Source: a bacterium (lineage in GTDB: Bacteria; UBA10199; 2-02-FULL-44-16; JAAZCA01). Taken from it: DNA of 64,000 nucleotides. Below, one piece after another: positions 8,491 through 19,993 of this stretch. The notes under the pieces are model-generated. The model saw nothing but the letters and a program-made list of their open reading frames with translations. It did not search any database and was not told where the DNA came from. The stretch is taken from NCBI GenBank assembly GCA_963674695.2, contig CAXXGI010000002.1:352001-416000 (forward strand), written 5' to 3'. Position 1 is the first letter of the stretch. The number at the start of each line of letters is the position of its first letter. Made by a program: the position numbers and the translations under genes.

Positions 8491-10722
8491 ATGAAGCACG
8501 CGCGGATCATCTATACCATCGTGGACGAGGCACCGGCGTTGGCGACCTATTCGTTTCTTCCCATCGTGAAGTCATTTGCGAAGATCGCCGGTATCGATTT
8601 CGAGACCAGCGATATCTCTTTGGCTGGGCGAATCATCGCGAAGTTTCCGGAACGCTTACGCAAAGAGCAGCGGCAGACGGATGATCTGGCCTACCTGGGC
8701 GAACTGGTGACAAAGCCGGGGGCGAATATCATCAAGCTGCCGTGCATCAGCGCCTCCATTCCGCAGCTCAAAGCGGCCATCAAGGAGTTGCAGCAGCAGG
8801 GTTATGATCTGCCCGACTATCCCGAAGCGCCAGCGAGCGATGAAGAGCGCGAGATCAAGGAGCGCTATGATTCGGTGAAGGGTTCGGCGGTGAATCCGGT
8901 GCTGCGCGAAGGAAACTCCAGCCGCCGTGCGCCGCTTTCGGTGAAAAACTATGCGCGCAAGCATCCGCATGCGATGGGCGAATGGTCGAAGGACTCCAAA
9001 TCGCATGTCGCGCATATGACGCGCGGCGATCTGCGCGCGAACGAAAAGTCGATGACCGTCTCGAAGGAGCAGGCGGGGGATGCCCGGATCGAATTTGTCG
9101 ATGAGAGTGGAAAGACGACGACGCTCAAGGAGCGTGTTCCCCTGCTCGCGGATGAGGTCATCGATGCCAGCTTTATGAGCGTGCGCGCACTGCGTCGTTT
9201 TCTCGAGGAACAGATGGCCGATGCCAAGAAGCAGGATGTGCTCTTCTCCTTGCACTTAAAGGCCACGATGATGAAGGTCTCCGATCCCATCATCTTCGGC
9301 CACGCCGTCTCCGTCTTCTTCCAGGATGTCTTTACCAAATACGCTGCAACCTTCCGCGAACTCGGGGTGAGTCCCGACAACGGGTTGGGAGATCTTCACA
9401 GCAAGATCGATACGCTGCCTGAGAAGGAGAAAACGGAAATCCTTGCAGATATGCGGGCGGCGGTCGACAGCGGCCCAAAGCTTGCGATGGTCAACTCGGA
9501 AAAGGGGATTACCAATCTCCAAGTGCCCAGCGATGTGATCATCGATGCCTCGATGCCGGCGGCGATCCGCAACTCGGGAAAGATGTGGGGCGCAGACGGC
9601 AACCTGCACGACACGAAGATGGTCATCCCCGACAGCAGCTATGCGGGGGTTTATGAGGAGACCGTCAACTTCTGCAAGAAGCACGGGGCGTTCGACCCGA
9701 CGACCATGGGGACGGTTCCCAATGTCGGGCTCATGGCCCAGAAGGCCGAGGAGTATGGTTCGCACGACAAGACCTTCCTGTGCGAACATGACGGAGTCGT
9801 GCGCGTCGTCGCTGAAAACGGCGAGACGCTGCTCGAGCAGAAGCTCGAGGGCGGCGACTTCTTCCGCATGTGTCAGACCAAGGACGTTGCCATTCAGGAT
9901 TGGGTCAAGCTCGCGGTGGAGCGCGCACGCGCCACGGGCGCGCCTGCGGTCTTCTGGCTCGACAAGAAGCGTCCGCACGATGCGCAGCTCATCGCGAAGG
10001 TCGATGCCTATCTCCAGAGTCATGATACAAAAGGGCTCGAGATCGCCATCATGTCCCCGGAAGAAGCGACGCGCTTCACCTGCGAGCGTCTGCGCGAGGG
10101 CAAGGACACCATCTCCGTCACGGGCAACGTCCTGCGCGATTATCTCACCGACCTCTTTCCGATCCTGGAGGTCGGCACCAGCGCCAAGATGCTCTCGATC
10201 GTGCCGCTCATGAACGGCGGGAAGCTCTATGAGACGGGTGCGGGCGGTTCCGCGCCGAAGCACGTGCAGCAGTTTCGCGAAGAGGGGCACCTGCGCTGGG
10301 ATTCGCTCGGCGAGTTTTTGGCGCTGGCGGCTTCGCTTGAGTTTCTGGGAAATGCGACCGACAACGCGCGGGCCAAGATCTTTGCCAAGACGCTGGATAA
10401 GGCCAACGGCATGTATCTCGAGAACAATAAGTCCCCGCGTCGCAAGGTTGGCGAGCTCGACAATCGCGGAAGCCACTTCTACCTCGCCCTCTACTGGGCG
10501 CAGGCGCTGGCCGAGCAGATGGACGATGTTGAACTCAAGAGCGGCTTTGCCAAACTCGCCAAGGAGCTGACGGAAAACGAGAAGAAGATTCTCGATGAGA
10601 TTAATCACACCCAGGGCCTGAAGATGGAGCTCGGCGGGCACTACAAACCGGACGAGGCGCTCGCCAACAAGGCCATGCGCCCGAGCGAAACCTTCAACGC
10701 GATTGTGGAAAAGGTGGGGTGA
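8491..10722 (+). CDS. icd: NADP-dependent isocitrate dehydrogenase, monomeric type
   Basis: [32 protein letters not shown] and [14 protein letters not shown] motifs; AGGAGG RBS before ATG 8491. Confidence 0.97.
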   Translation: MKHARIIYTIVDEAPALATYSFLPIVKSFAKIAGIDFETSDISLAGRIIAKFPERLRKEQRQTDDLAYLGELVTKPGANIIKLPCISASIPQLKAAIKELQQQGYDLPDYPEAPASDEEREIKERYDSVKGSAVNPVLREGNSSRRAPLSVKNYARKHPHAMGEWSKDSKSHVAHMTRGDLRANEKSMTVSKEQAGDARIEFVDESGKTTTLKERVPLLADEVIDASFMSVRALRRFLEEQMADAKKQDVLFSLHLKATMMKVSDPIIFGHAVSVFFQDVFTKYAATFRELGVSPDNGLGDLHSKIDTLPEKEKTEILADMRAAVDSGPKLAMVNSEKGITNLQVPSDVIIDASMPAAIRNSGKMWGADGNLHDTKMVIPDSSYAGVYEETVNFCKKHGAFDPTTMGTVPNVGLMAQKAEEYGSHDKTFLCEHDGVVRVVAENGETLLEQKLEGGDFFRMCQTKDVAIQDWVKLAVERARATGAPAVFWLDKKRPHDAQLIAKVDAYLQSHDTKGLEIAIMSPEEATRFTCERLREGKDTISVTGNVLRDYLTDLFPILEVGTSAKMLSIVPLMNGGKLYETGAGGSAPKHVQQFREEGHLRWDSLGEFLALAASLEFLGNATDNARAKIFAKTLDKANGMYLENNKSPRRKVGELDNRGSHFYLALYWAQALAEQMDDVELKSGFAKLAKELTENEKKILDEINHTQGLKMELGGHYKPDEALANKAMRPSETFNAIVEKVG

Positions 10723-11321
10723 GCATGTCTTTTTTCTTCGAGCGTGCCCTGTTTGCTCTGCCGGTCTTGGCCGTTCTCTGTGCATCAGGTTCTCTTCATG
10801 CGGCGGGCAAGCTCACCGGTGCGCAGACAAACTGCTTCACGCTTTGCCATAAAAAGATCCCGAAGATCTGCGCTGAATTTATCACGCAGGTCGATGGCTA
10901 TCCGGCGGAGACCCGAGCGAACTATCGGGAAAGCTATATCTACAACCCGGCGTATTGTAGCTCGCTGTGTGCGAGCTGGACGGACGAGGTGAAGCATTGT
11001 GTGGCCAGTGCGGATTCCTGCAGTAAGATTCAGGATCACGACGGAAGCTGTCTGTATGAACCGAGCGCGAATCCCTTTGTGCAGGATCCACCCCCGCAGA
11101 CGAATCGCTCCTGTGCTTCCATCTGTAGGAAATATGCGAAGTGCGCGGGGTATGGCGACGGTGCGACCCAACAGGATCGCCAGCATGCTGCCAACTCCTG
11201 TCTCAGCGAATGCCCGAAATGGTCTCCACAGACCATTCGGTGTATGAGCCGCATCACCATTCGGGCTCCGGCAGACTGCGCACCTTTGAGCAAGTGTGGT
11301 CTTCGGCAGTATGTACCCTGA
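10719..11321 (+). CDS. Secreted Cys-rich protein with two 8-Cys repeats
   Basis: Signal peptide followed by 16 Cys in two similar CxxxC...C...CxxxC...C...C...C units; GTGA overlap with the icd stop. Confidence 0.7.
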   Translation: MSMSFFFERALFALPVLAVLCASGSLHAAGKLTGAQTNCFTLCHKKIPKICAEFITQVDGYPAETRANYRESYIYNPAYCSSLCASWTDEVKHCVASADSCSKIQDHDGSCLYEPSANPFVQDPPPQTNRSCASICRKYAKCAGYGDGATQQDRQHAANSCLSECPKWSPQTIRCMSRITIRAPADCAPLSKCGLRQYVP

Positions 11322-11499
11322 AGCTACTCGTGCTTGCGCGGCAGCGGAAGATTCCCACCTGAGAACGCATATTTTGCTTCATCGCGTTTGCCCGGATCGA
11401 GGGCGGCATGCGCTTTGACGTGTGTGCAGTCAATATGATGTAGCGGTATTCAGATTTGGTGCGATAAATGGAAAACAGAAAATGGAGCATGGTGCGAGA

Positions 11500-11865
11500 A
11501 TGGCTGACATGGATGAACTGACCCCAGAACAGATCGAGGAATTGCACGAAGACCTTCTGGCATTGAAGGTGACGCTGGAGGAAGCGCTTGCAGCAACGCA
11601 TGAGGGTGCAAAGCCGGTTGAGGCGGATGAGCCGATCGGCCGCATCTCCCGCGGCGACGCCATGCAGCAGCAACAGATGGCGCGCGCGAGTCGGGCGAGC
11701 ACTCAGGGGCGTCTTGGGCAGATAGCGCGCGCGTTGGTGGATTGTCGCGAAGGGAGTTATGGATTGTGTCGCGGGTGCGAGGAGCCGATCGGGTATGCTC
11801 GCCTCAAGGCGCGTCCGGAGACACCGTTTTGTCTCGATTGTCAGAGTGAGCGAGAGGCGCGATAA
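11500..11865 (+). CDS. TraR/DksA C4-type zinc finger protein
   Basis: GRISRGDAMQQQQM coiled coil; YGLCRGCEEPI...RL...P...CLDC. Confidence 0.9.
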   Translation: MADMDELTPEQIEELHEDLLALKVTLEEALAATHEGAKPVEADEPIGRISRGDAMQQQQMARASRASTQGRLGQIARALVDCREGSYGLCRGCEEPIGYARLKARPETPFCLDCQSEREAR

Positions 11866-11909
11866 TGCATGCTCGTATCCTGTTTCACAACGACAAGGGG
11901 CGTATGATT

Positions 11910-12467
11910 ATGAAGAAGACAATCCTGCTCGTGGGAATACTGGGCAGTCTTTGTGTGGCAAACGTCATTTCTGCACAGACGCGCTCAACGGCATTCGATG
12001 ATGGTCAGTTTGGAAAGTGGATCATCACCTCAAGTTCAACGCTCGCACCCCAGTCGGGAAAATCCTATGCCCCAAAGAATGCGGTCGATGGCGATGATGC
12101 CACCGCATGGGTCGAGGGTGCGCCGGGCCATGGCGTCGGTGAATCGATCATGATCACGTTTGAACAGCCGATGAAGATCGGAACGATCTGGATAAAGAAT
12201 GGCTATGGCAAGAGTCGAAAGCTCTTTCAGCTCAACGGAAGAGTCAAGAAGGCCAATGTTCAGATGGACGGTGGCATGTTTCCGATCGTCCTCAAGGATA
12301 CTATGAAGGAGCAGACGATTACGGTGCCCAAAAAGATCAGAGACGCGCAGACGACCTGGGTGAAGCTGACGATCGAGAGCGTCTATCCCGGGAGCAAGTG
12401 GTCCGATGTTGCGGTGAATGAATTTCGCCCGAACCTCGAGGAGTTTAATTATGACATACAAAAATAG
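11910..12467 (+). CDS. Secreted discoidin-like (F5/8-type, NADase-type glycan-binding-like) domain protein
   Basis: Signal peptide; YAPKNAVDGDDATAWVEG, NGYGKS and IESVYPGSKWSDVAVNE. Confidence 0.8.
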   Translation: MKKTILLVGILGSLCVANVISAQTRSTAFDDGQFGKWIITSSSTLAPQSGKSYAPKNAVDGDDATAWVEGAPGHGVGESIMITFEQPMKIGTIWIKNGYGKSRKLFQLNGRVKKANVQMDGGMFPIVLKDTMKEQTITVPKKIRDAQTTWVKLTIESVYPGSKWSDVAVNEFRPNLEEFNYDIQK

Positions 12468-12488
12468 GACCCCAAGGGGCCCTATTTT
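12461..12488. terminator. Intrinsic terminator hairpin
   Basis: AAAATAGG-ACCCCAAGGGGC-CCTATTTT. Confidence 0.7.
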
Positions 12489-12493
12489 CGTAT

Positions 12494-12635
12494 GCGGAGA
12501 GGGAGGGGCGTCGGCTCGCGGTACCCACTCGCCGACACTTCAGCATGATAAAGCTCGCCTATTCGGCGAGCAGCTTGTGGAAGGTCGTCGAACGAGCCTT
12601 CTTCGAAGGCTGGTTCTCACCCTCCCTCTCCGCCA
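12494..12635 (+). repeat. tRNA-derived inverted/direct repeat element (tRNA-like fold ending in CCA)
   Basis: GCGGAGAGGGAGGG (12494) pairs with CCCTCCCTCTCCGC (12620); both are copies of the tRNA-Ser 3' end; three internal hairpins. Confidence 0.7.
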
Positions 12636-12670
12636 TAATAAAAAGGGCCCCCAGAGGGACCCTTTTTATT

Positions 12671-12762
<92 letters not shown>

Positions 12763-12776
12763 AAATACTTTTTGTC

Positions 12777-13442
12777 TTACAATTTTTTGTGACACAGCCA
12801 CCAGTCGAGGTATTCGAATTCGCCCGCCTGGGATTTCTTCAATCGGTCCTTCGCGGTTTTGACATCCTTCGCCGGGGGGATGATGACGTGATCCTTGCCG
12901 ACGACTTCGCTGTTCGGCCACTGCGCGGGCATGGCCACGCCGTTCTTGTCTGAAATCTGCATCGCTTCGACCGAGCGCAGAATCTCATCCATGTTGCGCC
13001 CCAACTCCTGCGGGTAGTAGAAGATGATGCGGATCGTTCCCGCGGCATCGACGATGAAGACGGCTCGCACCGTGTTCGACCCCTTGCCCGGATGGATGAT
13101 CCCGAGCCGCGCGGCCACAGCACCTGTGTCGGCGATGATCGGGAACTCGATCTGGACGTTCAGGTTTTCCTTGATCCACTCCTCCCATTTGATGTGGGAG
13201 AAGACCTGGTCGACGCTCATGCCGATGAGCTCGCAATTGAGAGCCTTGAATTTATCGTATCGATTCTGAAACGCCACGAACTCGGTCGTGCAGACCGGCG
13301 TGAAATCGGCCGGATGGCTGAAGAGGATGAACCATTTTCCGGCATAATCGTTCGGAAGCGTCTTCATTCCCTGCGTGGTCTGTACCCTCATCTCGGGAAA
13401 GGCATCGCCCAGAAGCGGCATTCCCTTCTTTTCATTGTCCAT
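12777..13442 (-). CDS. Peroxiredoxin (Prx6 subfamily)
   Basis: [14 protein letters not shown] motif; C-terminal DWWLC. Confidence 0.95.
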   Translation of the reverse strand: MDNEKKGMPLLGDAFPEMRVQTTQGMKTLPNDYAGKWFILFSHPADFTPVCTTEFVAFQNRYDKFKALNCELIGMSVDQVFSHIKWEEWIKENLNVQIEFPIIADTGAVAARLGIIHPGKGSNTVRAVFIVDAAGTIRIIFYYPQELGRNMDEILRSVEAMQISDKNGVAMPAQWPNSEVVGKDHVIIPPAKDVKTAKDRLKKSQAGEFEYLDWWLCHKKL

Positions 13443-13666
13443 GACCTGACTCCCTTCAATGGATTCGATGACGGTGTCCGAAAAACTGCGCGTGTTTACA
13501 ATGAGTTAGCATGTTTGTCCAGTTCTAAAAAAACCGTCTAATATTCAGAATTTGGGTTCGCCCGCGCGATAGCTCAAAAAAGGCGCGACATTGCTATCGA
13601 TCGATCCCTCTGGTATGTTTGCGACCTTCAGGATCGTCCATTTTCCCCAGAAAGGCGGTATCGGTG

Positions 13667-16363
13667 ATGCATTCTCAGTCGAAGCAGCTCCTGATCGCGG
13701 CACTGATTGGACTCTCCATGCTCTTTTCCCCGGCGGCTTATGCTCAGATCGCCGATGGTTCTGGGGGCATATCGGGAGGGAAGACGCCCGACGCGGGTCT
13801 GGTCACGCTCACGAAGTGGGATTATGCGGCGAAAATTGCGGCGGCCTCGAAAAAACTCAGGGAGGCCGAGGATATGCTCGCGCGGGCTCGTGAGGAAGGC
13901 TGGCCCGAAGCGTTTATCGATGTGGCCGAGGACAATGAAATCCTTGCGCGTGATGTGTTGGGTGCGAACGAGAAAGCGCTGGCGGTCGAGAAAAAAACGG
14001 ATGAGCTGACAGCAAAATACGTCCAGATCAGCGATCGCTATAGGGAAACGACAACGCGCGTCGAGGAACTCGGCCTTACGCCCTCATCGATCGCCCTGAT
14101 TCAGAAGCAACGCAAGCAGCTTTCGCTTTTCGAACTCCCAAAGCGCTCAGGCATCGTGAGGCGCGCGGAGGTCGGGCGCGTGAATGAAGACGATCTCAAC
14201 CTCGAAGACATCCGGGACCACATCGCATCGATGGATGACAATGTGATAGCGGGATATCTCGATCATTCAGATGTGAGTGCCGTGCAGAAGGATCGGGTGC
14301 GATCGGGAATGAAGGAAGTGCTTCAGGCAGGGCTCGCGCTCACAGATGATCTCCAAGCCATAAACGCGCGCTATCTGGTCATTCTCGGAAATGAGAGTTA
14401 TGCCGAGCGTGCCTTGAGGATCGAAGCGAAGGAGTTCATCGATTTTATCAATCTCAATCTGCTCTGGGCCAGAAGCAACCAGACCTTTGGAGTGGCGAGT
14501 GCCACATTTTTAGATACGGCATTGGCGCGATTGACGAATCCGTCAAAGTGGTCTGCCCTCAAGCATGACCTCGCGCACTCCCTTGTGTGGGAATGGATCC
14601 TCTGGGTGCTCATCCTCGCTGGAATCGTCGCGTGGGTTCTGTTCTCGGTGAAGCGAAATGCGTATGCGCGGAAGGTGCAGAAGCGCTCTTCAGCTTCACG
14701 CTACGGCTCCATCGTTCAGATTTTTTCGGCGATCGCATTGGCGATCGTGAGCGCCGGTGCTATCCCACTGTTCGTGTATGTTGCGTCGAAGCTCCTGGTC
14801 CGAGTGCCCGGCTGCCACGAGTTTACCATGGCGTTTGCTCTGGGGCTGCAATCATTCGCTAGCATTCTCTTTCTGGCGTGGCTCGCGCGGGAACTGCTGA
14901 AAGAAGAATATGCATTGGACGAACATTTCGGTTGGTCCAAAACGGTGTGCAGCGCTGTCAAGCGGTTTGCGTTTTGGGTGATGGTCCTGATCGCACCGAT
15001 CGTTTTTTTCGTGACCACCATCAACTCGGCGTTGAGCACTCCCGCCCGAGGTTCGTTGGGTCGCATCCTCTTCATGGTGGGGCTCCTCATTCTGTCCTTT
15101 CTCATGGCGCGGCTCTTCAGACCAAAGGGACCGCTTTTTTCCAATCGAAATGGCTCTGGATTTATCATCACATTCAAAACGATATGGTTTGCCCTGTCCC
15201 TCCTCATTCCCCTGACGCTGCTCCTGCTCGCATACCTGGGTTATTACCGAAGCTCGGTTTTGATGGAAAAGGATCTGCTGCTGACGCTTGCGCTCATCGG
15301 TGCAGCTTTTCTGCTGAAGGGGTTGCTCCAGAGCGTATATATGACGGCGGTGGCCGTGAAACCGTCCGCCTCCGAAGAAGGAACGGATGCTCTCGTTTTG
15401 GATGATCATCATCGGACAAAAGCCCGGAAACTCATCAAGACCGTCGTGCTCATTCTGTTCCTCTCTGGGCTGTATGCGATTTGGGGACAAGACATTCCGT
15501 TTGCAAAGCTCCTCAATGCCATCGTCCTTTGGACCTACCAGGCGGGTGTCGAGATGCGGGCAACGACGATGGGAGATGTTGTCCTCTCGATTCTCATCCT
15601 CGCCTTTACCATCCTGATTGCAAAAAATTTGCCGGGACTTTTGGAGGCCGCACTCTTTCAGCATGCACGCGTCTCCGTTGGAGGCCGGCATGCGATCACG
15701 ATGATCTCGCAATATGTGGTCGTGGTCGTGGGCCTAACGCTCGCGCTCAACGCCATCGGTTTGACCTGGTCGAAGTTTCAGTGGTTGCTCGCCGCCCTTA
15801 CGGTAGGGCTCGGGTTTGGGCTTCAGGATATCGTGGCCAATTTTGCTTCGGGTATCATCATTCTGTTGGAGCGGCCCATCCGCGTTGGCGACATCGTGAC
15901 CATCGGCAGTATTTCGGGGCAAGTTGCGACCATTCATGTGCGCGCGACGACGATCACAGATTGGGATAAGAAGGAGGTGATCGTCCCGAACAAGACGCTC
16001 CTCACGTCGAATATCACGAACTGGTCGCTTTCCAATCAGCTCAACCGCATCGTCATACCGGTTGGCGTTGCCTACGGATCCGATGCCAGAAAGACGGAGG
16101 GGCTTCTGCTTCAAGCAGCGAATGAGAATGCGCTCGTGCTCGACACGCCGGCTCCGAGTGTGATCTTCACCAGCTTCGGAGACAACAGCCTCGATTTTAA
16201 CCTTCGCGTATTTGTGGAGAACGATTCACGTATGAGGGTGATTCACGAGCTGCACATGGCCATCAACGATGCGTTCAATAAGGAAGGCCTCGAGATTCCG
16301 TTCCCGCAACGGGATACGCATGTCGACACGCCAAAGCCGATCGAGGTCAAGATCGTAGAGTAG
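13667..16363 (+). CDS. Large mechanosensitive channel, MscK/MscS family
   Basis: Signal peptide, periplasmic helical region, multiple TMs, GLGFGLQDIVANFASG...ERPIRVGD...PFPQRD. Confidence 0.92.
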   Translation: MHSQSKQLLIAALIGLSMLFSPAAYAQIADGSGGISGGKTPDAGLVTLTKWDYAAKIAAASKKLREAEDMLARAREEGWPEAFIDVAEDNEILARDVLGANEKALAVEKKTDELTAKYVQISDRYRETTTRVEELGLTPSSIALIQKQRKQLSLFELPKRSGIVRRAEVGRVNEDDLNLEDIRDHIASMDDNVIAGYLDHSDVSAVQKDRVRSGMKEVLQAGLALTDDLQAINARYLVILGNESYAERALRIEAKEFIDFINLNLLWARSNQTFGVASATFLDTALARLTNPSKWSALKHDLAHSLVWEWILWVLILAGIVAWVLFSVKRNAYARKVQKRSSASRYGSIVQIFSAIALAIVSAGAIPLFVYVASKLLVRVPGCHEFTMAFALGLQSFASILFLAWLARELLKEEYALDEHFGWSKTVCSAVKRFAFWVMVLIAPIVFFVTTINSALSTPARGSLGRILFMVGLLILSFLMARLFRPKGPLFSNRNGSGFIITFKTIWFALSLLIPLTLLLLAYLGYYRSSVLMEKDLLLTLALIGAAFLLKGLLQSVYMTAVAVKPSASEEGTDALVLDDHHRTKARKLIKTVVLILFLSGLYAIWGQDIPFAKLLNAIVLWTYQAGVEMRATTMGDVVLSILILAFTILIAKNLPGLLEAALFQHARVSVGGRHAITMISQYVVVVVGLTLALNAIGLTWSKFQWLLAALTVGLGFGLQDIVANFASGIIILLERPIRVGDIVTIGSISGQVATIHVRATTITDWDKKEVIVPNKTLLTSNITNWSLSNQLNRIVIPVGVAYGSDARKTEGLLLQAANENALVLDTPAPSVIFTSFGDNSLDFNLRVFVENDSRMRVIHELHMAINDAFNKEGLEIPFPQRDTHVDTPKPIEVKIVE

Positions 16364-16364
16364 G

Positions 16365-17183
16365 TTAGTCTTCGTGGACGAAGCTCGTGATGACGTAGTT
16401 TCCGGATTTCTCGTCGAACTTGAGCTGGAGCAGTTTGCGCGTCTGGGCCTCTTCGAGCAATTTGCTGAACGAACGAAAGCCGTGGTAGCTCTCGTTGAAT
16501 CCCGGATTGCGCCGCTTGAGCGCCTGTTTGACCATCGATCCCCAGACCTTTTCCTCTTCACCGCGTTCAGCGAAGAGGGCTTCGACCGTTTCCATGACCA
16601 GGTCGAGCGCCTCCTGCGCCTTGTCGCTCGCAACGGGTTCTGCCGTTGCAGGAGAGGCCTTCTTCGTGGTCGATCTTCTGCGCCTGGCGGTGGCCTGCTT
16701 GGTGGCGCCGCGAACCAGGTCGTCATAGAAGATGAATTCGTCGCAGCTCGAGGTGAGCAGATCCGAGGTCGAATTCTTCACGCCGATGCCGATCACCACC
16801 TTGTTGTTCTCGCGCAGCTTGCTGACCAGCGGCGAAAAATCCGAGTCGCCGCTGATGATGACGAACGTATCGACGTGCGCCTTCGTATAGCAGAGGTCGA
16901 GGGCGTCGACCACCATGCGGATATCGGCGGAGTTCTTGCCGGACTGGCGCACATGCGGGATCTCGATCAGCTCGAACGCCGCCTCGTGCATGGGCTTTTT
17001 GAATTCCTTGTAGCGCGCCCAGTCGCAATAGGCCTTCTTGACGACGATGTTGCCCTTGAGCAGCAGTCGCTCGAGCACCCGCTTGATGTCGAAGGCCTCA
17101 TACTTCGATTCCTTCACGCCCAGGGCGACGTTCTCGAAATCACAGTAGATCACCATATTCCGGATTTGGGCTGACTCGCTCAC
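16365..17183 (-). CDS. NYN domain (LabA/DUF88) protein with C-terminal OST-HTH/LOTUS domain
   Basis: DFENVA, GKNSADIRMVVDA, ISGDSDF and PGFNESYHGFRSFSKLL. Confidence 0.93.
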   Translation of the reverse strand: MSESAQIRNMVIYCDFENVALGVKESKYEAFDIKRVLERLLLKGNIVVKKAYCDWARYKEFKKPMHEAAFELIEIPHVRQSGKNSADIRMVVDALDLCYTKAHVDTFVIISGDSDFSPLVSKLRENNKVVIGIGVKNSTSDLLTSSCDEFIFYDDLVRGATKQATARRRRSTTKKASPATAEPVASDKAQEALDLVMETVEALFAERGEEEKVWGSMVKQALKRRNPGFNESYHGFRSFSKLLEEAQTRKLLQLKFDEKSGNYVITSFVHED

Positions 17184-17276
17184 AGAACCTCCTCGTGATG
17201 TCTGCTCGAGAAGTTATATCAAAATGAGAGCGACGTCCATCGCTGTCTTCGCACTCGCCCGAGAGCGTGCGCTCGC

Positions 17277-19121
17277 TCACCCCTCAGTAGAGGTGAGTCT
17301 CTCCTCGTATACCTTCGAAAGCCGCTCGTATTCCAAGGTCGCCTTCTCCAGATCGACGAAATGGGCATCGATGCTCGCCTGCATCTCCTTGATGGATCGG
17401 GTGAGGGCGACGCACGCCACGCCCTCCTGATTTTGCGCGGCGATCAGGAGATCGCGATTGGCCTGTGCGGATTCCTCCTCAAGTTCACAGATCGCTGTCT
17501 CGGCGGCATCGATCCGTTCCTTGAGGGGGCGAATGACCGATGAACGCTCCTCGATGATCTGCGCGCGCATGCGGCGCACGTCCTTTTTGCTGGTGACCGT
17601 TCTTTCCTCGCCGGCCGCTGCGGATTTCAGATCGCGTTCCTCATCCCATCCCCGCTTTTCGAGGAATTCGTCGTAGCTTCCGTCGAAGATTTCGACGGCA
17701 CCGCCCTGAAAGATGACCATCCGTGTCGCGATGCTGCGCAGGATCATCTCGTCGTGTGTCACGATCACGACCGCACCGGGGAATTCGTCGATGCTGTCGA
17801 CGAGGGCTTCGATCGATTGCATGTCGAGGTGGTTCGACGGCTCGTCGAGCAGGAGGAGGTTCGCGGGGGCGGCCATGATCTTTCCCAGCAGGACACGGCT
17901 CTTCTCGCCGCCGGAGAGCACCGTCACCTTCTTCTCCGCCAACTCGCCGCCGAACATCATCGTTCCGCAGATGCCGCGAACCATGGATTTGCCGAGCATA
18001 GGATTGGCCGAACCGATCTCTTCCTCGATGGTGGCCTGCGGGGCAAGCCGGTCGATGTTGGTCTGGCCGTAGTAGCCGACGCTCGTGGCGTGATGGATTT
18101 TTCTCTCGCCGCTTGAGGGGGCGAGTTCTCCGGCGAGCAGGCGCAGCAGCGTGGACTTGCCCTTTCCGTTCTTGCCGATGATGGCGATCCGGTCGTCGGC
18201 ATGCACGCTCATGCTGAGATCCTCGATCAGCGGCTGTCCTTGCGGATAGGCAAACGAGACGGCCTCGATCTCCATCATCCGCTTGGCGGGAAACGAGCTG
18301 TAGTGGAACCGGAAGTCCAAGTCGGTCATGCATTCCAGCTTGTCGCGCAGCGGCATCTTCTCGATCATCTTCATCTTGGATCGGGCGGCGGATGCCTTCG
18401 TGTTCTTCGCCTTGAACCGCTCGACGAAGGAGAGCAGCTGCGCGCGCCGACGCTCCTCGTTGATGCGGGTCTTTTCGTAGGCCTCTTCCTCTTCGGCGAT
18501 CTGCGCGCAGACCTTTTGTGTCGGGCCCTTGATCGTGCGGATCGTGCGCCGGTGGATCATCGCGGTGTGTGTGGTCACCGCGTCCATGAACTCGCGGTCA
18601 TGGGAGATGATGATCAGCTCGTTCCTCCAGGCATTGAGAAAACGGGTGATCCAGCGAACGGAGACGATGTCCAGATAGTTCGTCGGCTCATCGAGCAGCA
18701 GGAGGTTGGGCGACGAGACCAGCGTGCGCGCGAGCTGGAGTCGGACCTGATAGCCGCCCGAGAGCTGCGCGGGGGCGCGCGCCATGTCCTCCTGGTCGAA
18801 CCCGAGGCCGAAGAGGATCTCCTTGGCGCGATAATCTTCATGCTCTGCCTCCGCGGGCAGCGCGGCGCAGACCACTTCGAGGACCGTTGGTTCGATGAAG
18901 TTCAGGTGCTGTTCGAGATAGCCGACGCGATAGTGTTTCGGAATTTCGATTGTGCCTGAATCCGGGTGATCCTGGTCGATGATGAACCGGAAGAGCGTCG
19001 TCTTCCCGCTGCCATTACGCCCGATCAGACCGAGGCGTTCGCCGCCTGACATCTGGAGGCTCGCGCCGTCGAAGAGCAACTGCGACCCGTATTGTTTCGT
19101 AATGTCGTTGATTCGAAGCAT
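17277..19121 (-). CDS. ABC-F family ATP-binding protein
   Basis: Two ABC cassettes (GRNGSGKT, GKNGKGKS, LSGG, DEPTN/DEPSN), no TM segments, C-terminal coiled coil. Confidence 0.93.
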   Translation of the reverse strand: MLRINDITKQYGSQLLFDGASLQMSGGERLGLIGRNGSGKTTLFRFIIDQDHPDSGTIEIPKHYRVGYLEQHLNFIEPTVLEVVCAALPAEAEHEDYRAKEILFGLGFDQEDMARAPAQLSGGYQVRLQLARTLVSSPNLLLLDEPTNYLDIVSVRWITRFLNAWRNELIIISHDREFMDAVTTHTAMIHRRTIRTIKGPTQKVCAQIAEEEEAYEKTRINEERRRAQLLSFVERFKAKNTKASAARSKMKMIEKMPLRDKLECMTDLDFRFHYSSFPAKRMMEIEAVSFAYPQGQPLIEDLSMSVHADDRIAIIGKNGKGKSTLLRLLAGELAPSSGERKIHHATSVGYYGQTNIDRLAPQATIEEEIGSANPMLGKSMVRGICGTMMFGGELAEKKVTVLSGGEKSRVLLGKIMAAPANLLLLDEPSNHLDMQSIEALVDSIDEFPGAVVIVTHDEMILRSIATRMVIFQGGAVEIFDGSYDEFLEKRGWDEERDLKSAAAGEERTVTSKKDVRRMRAQIIEERSSVIRPLKERIDAAETAICELEEESAQANRDLLIAAQNQEGVACVALTRSIKEMQASIDAHFVDLEKATLEYERLSKVYEERLTSTEG

Positions 19122-19273
19122 GGTGTTTGCTGACCTCGTACGTCATATGAACTATCTCGCCGGAGTTATCAAGTTCTTGATATTCGCTGCATATGGTGCG
19201 ATTTGTGACATGCTCTTTGTAGCGGTATACATGACCCCAACCCAATGACTGGCCTCGGAGTTCAGGAACTCCT

Positions 19274-19975
19274 ATGTCTAAAAAAATCGGCTCGACAAAT
19301 AGGCATCTGCCAAAGGGGCTTCGGATCATTCACGAGGATCAAGATATCCTCGTCGTTGAGAAACCGCCGGGGCTTTTGACGGTGGGGACTGATCGCGACA
19401 AGACGAGGACGGTGTACTATGCCTTGACCGATTATGTCCGAAAGGGGCAGGCCAAATCGAAGAATCGAATCTTTATCGTCCATCGCCTCGATCGCGAGGC
19501 CTCCGGCATCCTCGTCTTTGCGAAGAACGAGGAGGCGCGGGACTATCTCCAGAAAAACTGGAAGGATGTGAAAAAGACCTACTTTGCACTCGTCCACGGA
19601 AACCCGACGTGTAAGGAGCGGACGATCACATCGCATCTGACGGAGAACAAAGCCTATGTCGTCTATTCGACCGCGAATGCGAAGGAAGGAAAGCTCTCCC
19701 ATACGGCCTATCGCGTGCTTCGAGAGGTCGAGGGGATGAGCCTCTTGGAGGTCGATCTCTTGACCGGCCGAAAGCACCAGATCCGTGTGCACCTTGCGGA
19801 GAGCGGCCATCCGATCGTCGGCGATCTGAAGTATGGGGACAAGAAGTCGTCACACAAACGATTGTCGCTTCATGCGATAGCGATCTCCTTCCGGCATCCA
19901 CGAACCGGAAAGTTGTGTGACTTCAAAACGGAAAGACCTGAGTTTGCCAAAAAGTTCGACGCGTTGGATTCATAA
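19274..19975 (+). CDS. RluA-family pseudouridine synthase
   Basis: HRLDREASG, TGRKHQIRVH and PIVGDLKYG. Confidence 0.95.
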   Translation: MSKKIGSTNRHLPKGLRIIHEDQDILVVEKPPGLLTVGTDRDKTRTVYYALTDYVRKGQAKSKNRIFIVHRLDREASGILVFAKNEEARDYLQKNWKDVKKTYFALVHGNPTCKERTITSHLTENKAYVVYSTANAKEGKLSHTAYRVLREVEGMSLLEVDLLTGRKHQIRVHLAESGHPIVGDLKYGDKKSSHKRLSLHAIAISFRHPRTGKLCDFKTERPEFAKKFDALDS

Positions 19976-19993
19976 TAGAAGCCAACCGATCCC

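Noticed and set aside
12494-12635. Second functional tRNA gene or attR of a large genomic island
   Set aside because: No D-arm or anticodon arm of proper geometry; the repeat is only about 180 bp from the tRNA and no integrase lies between them
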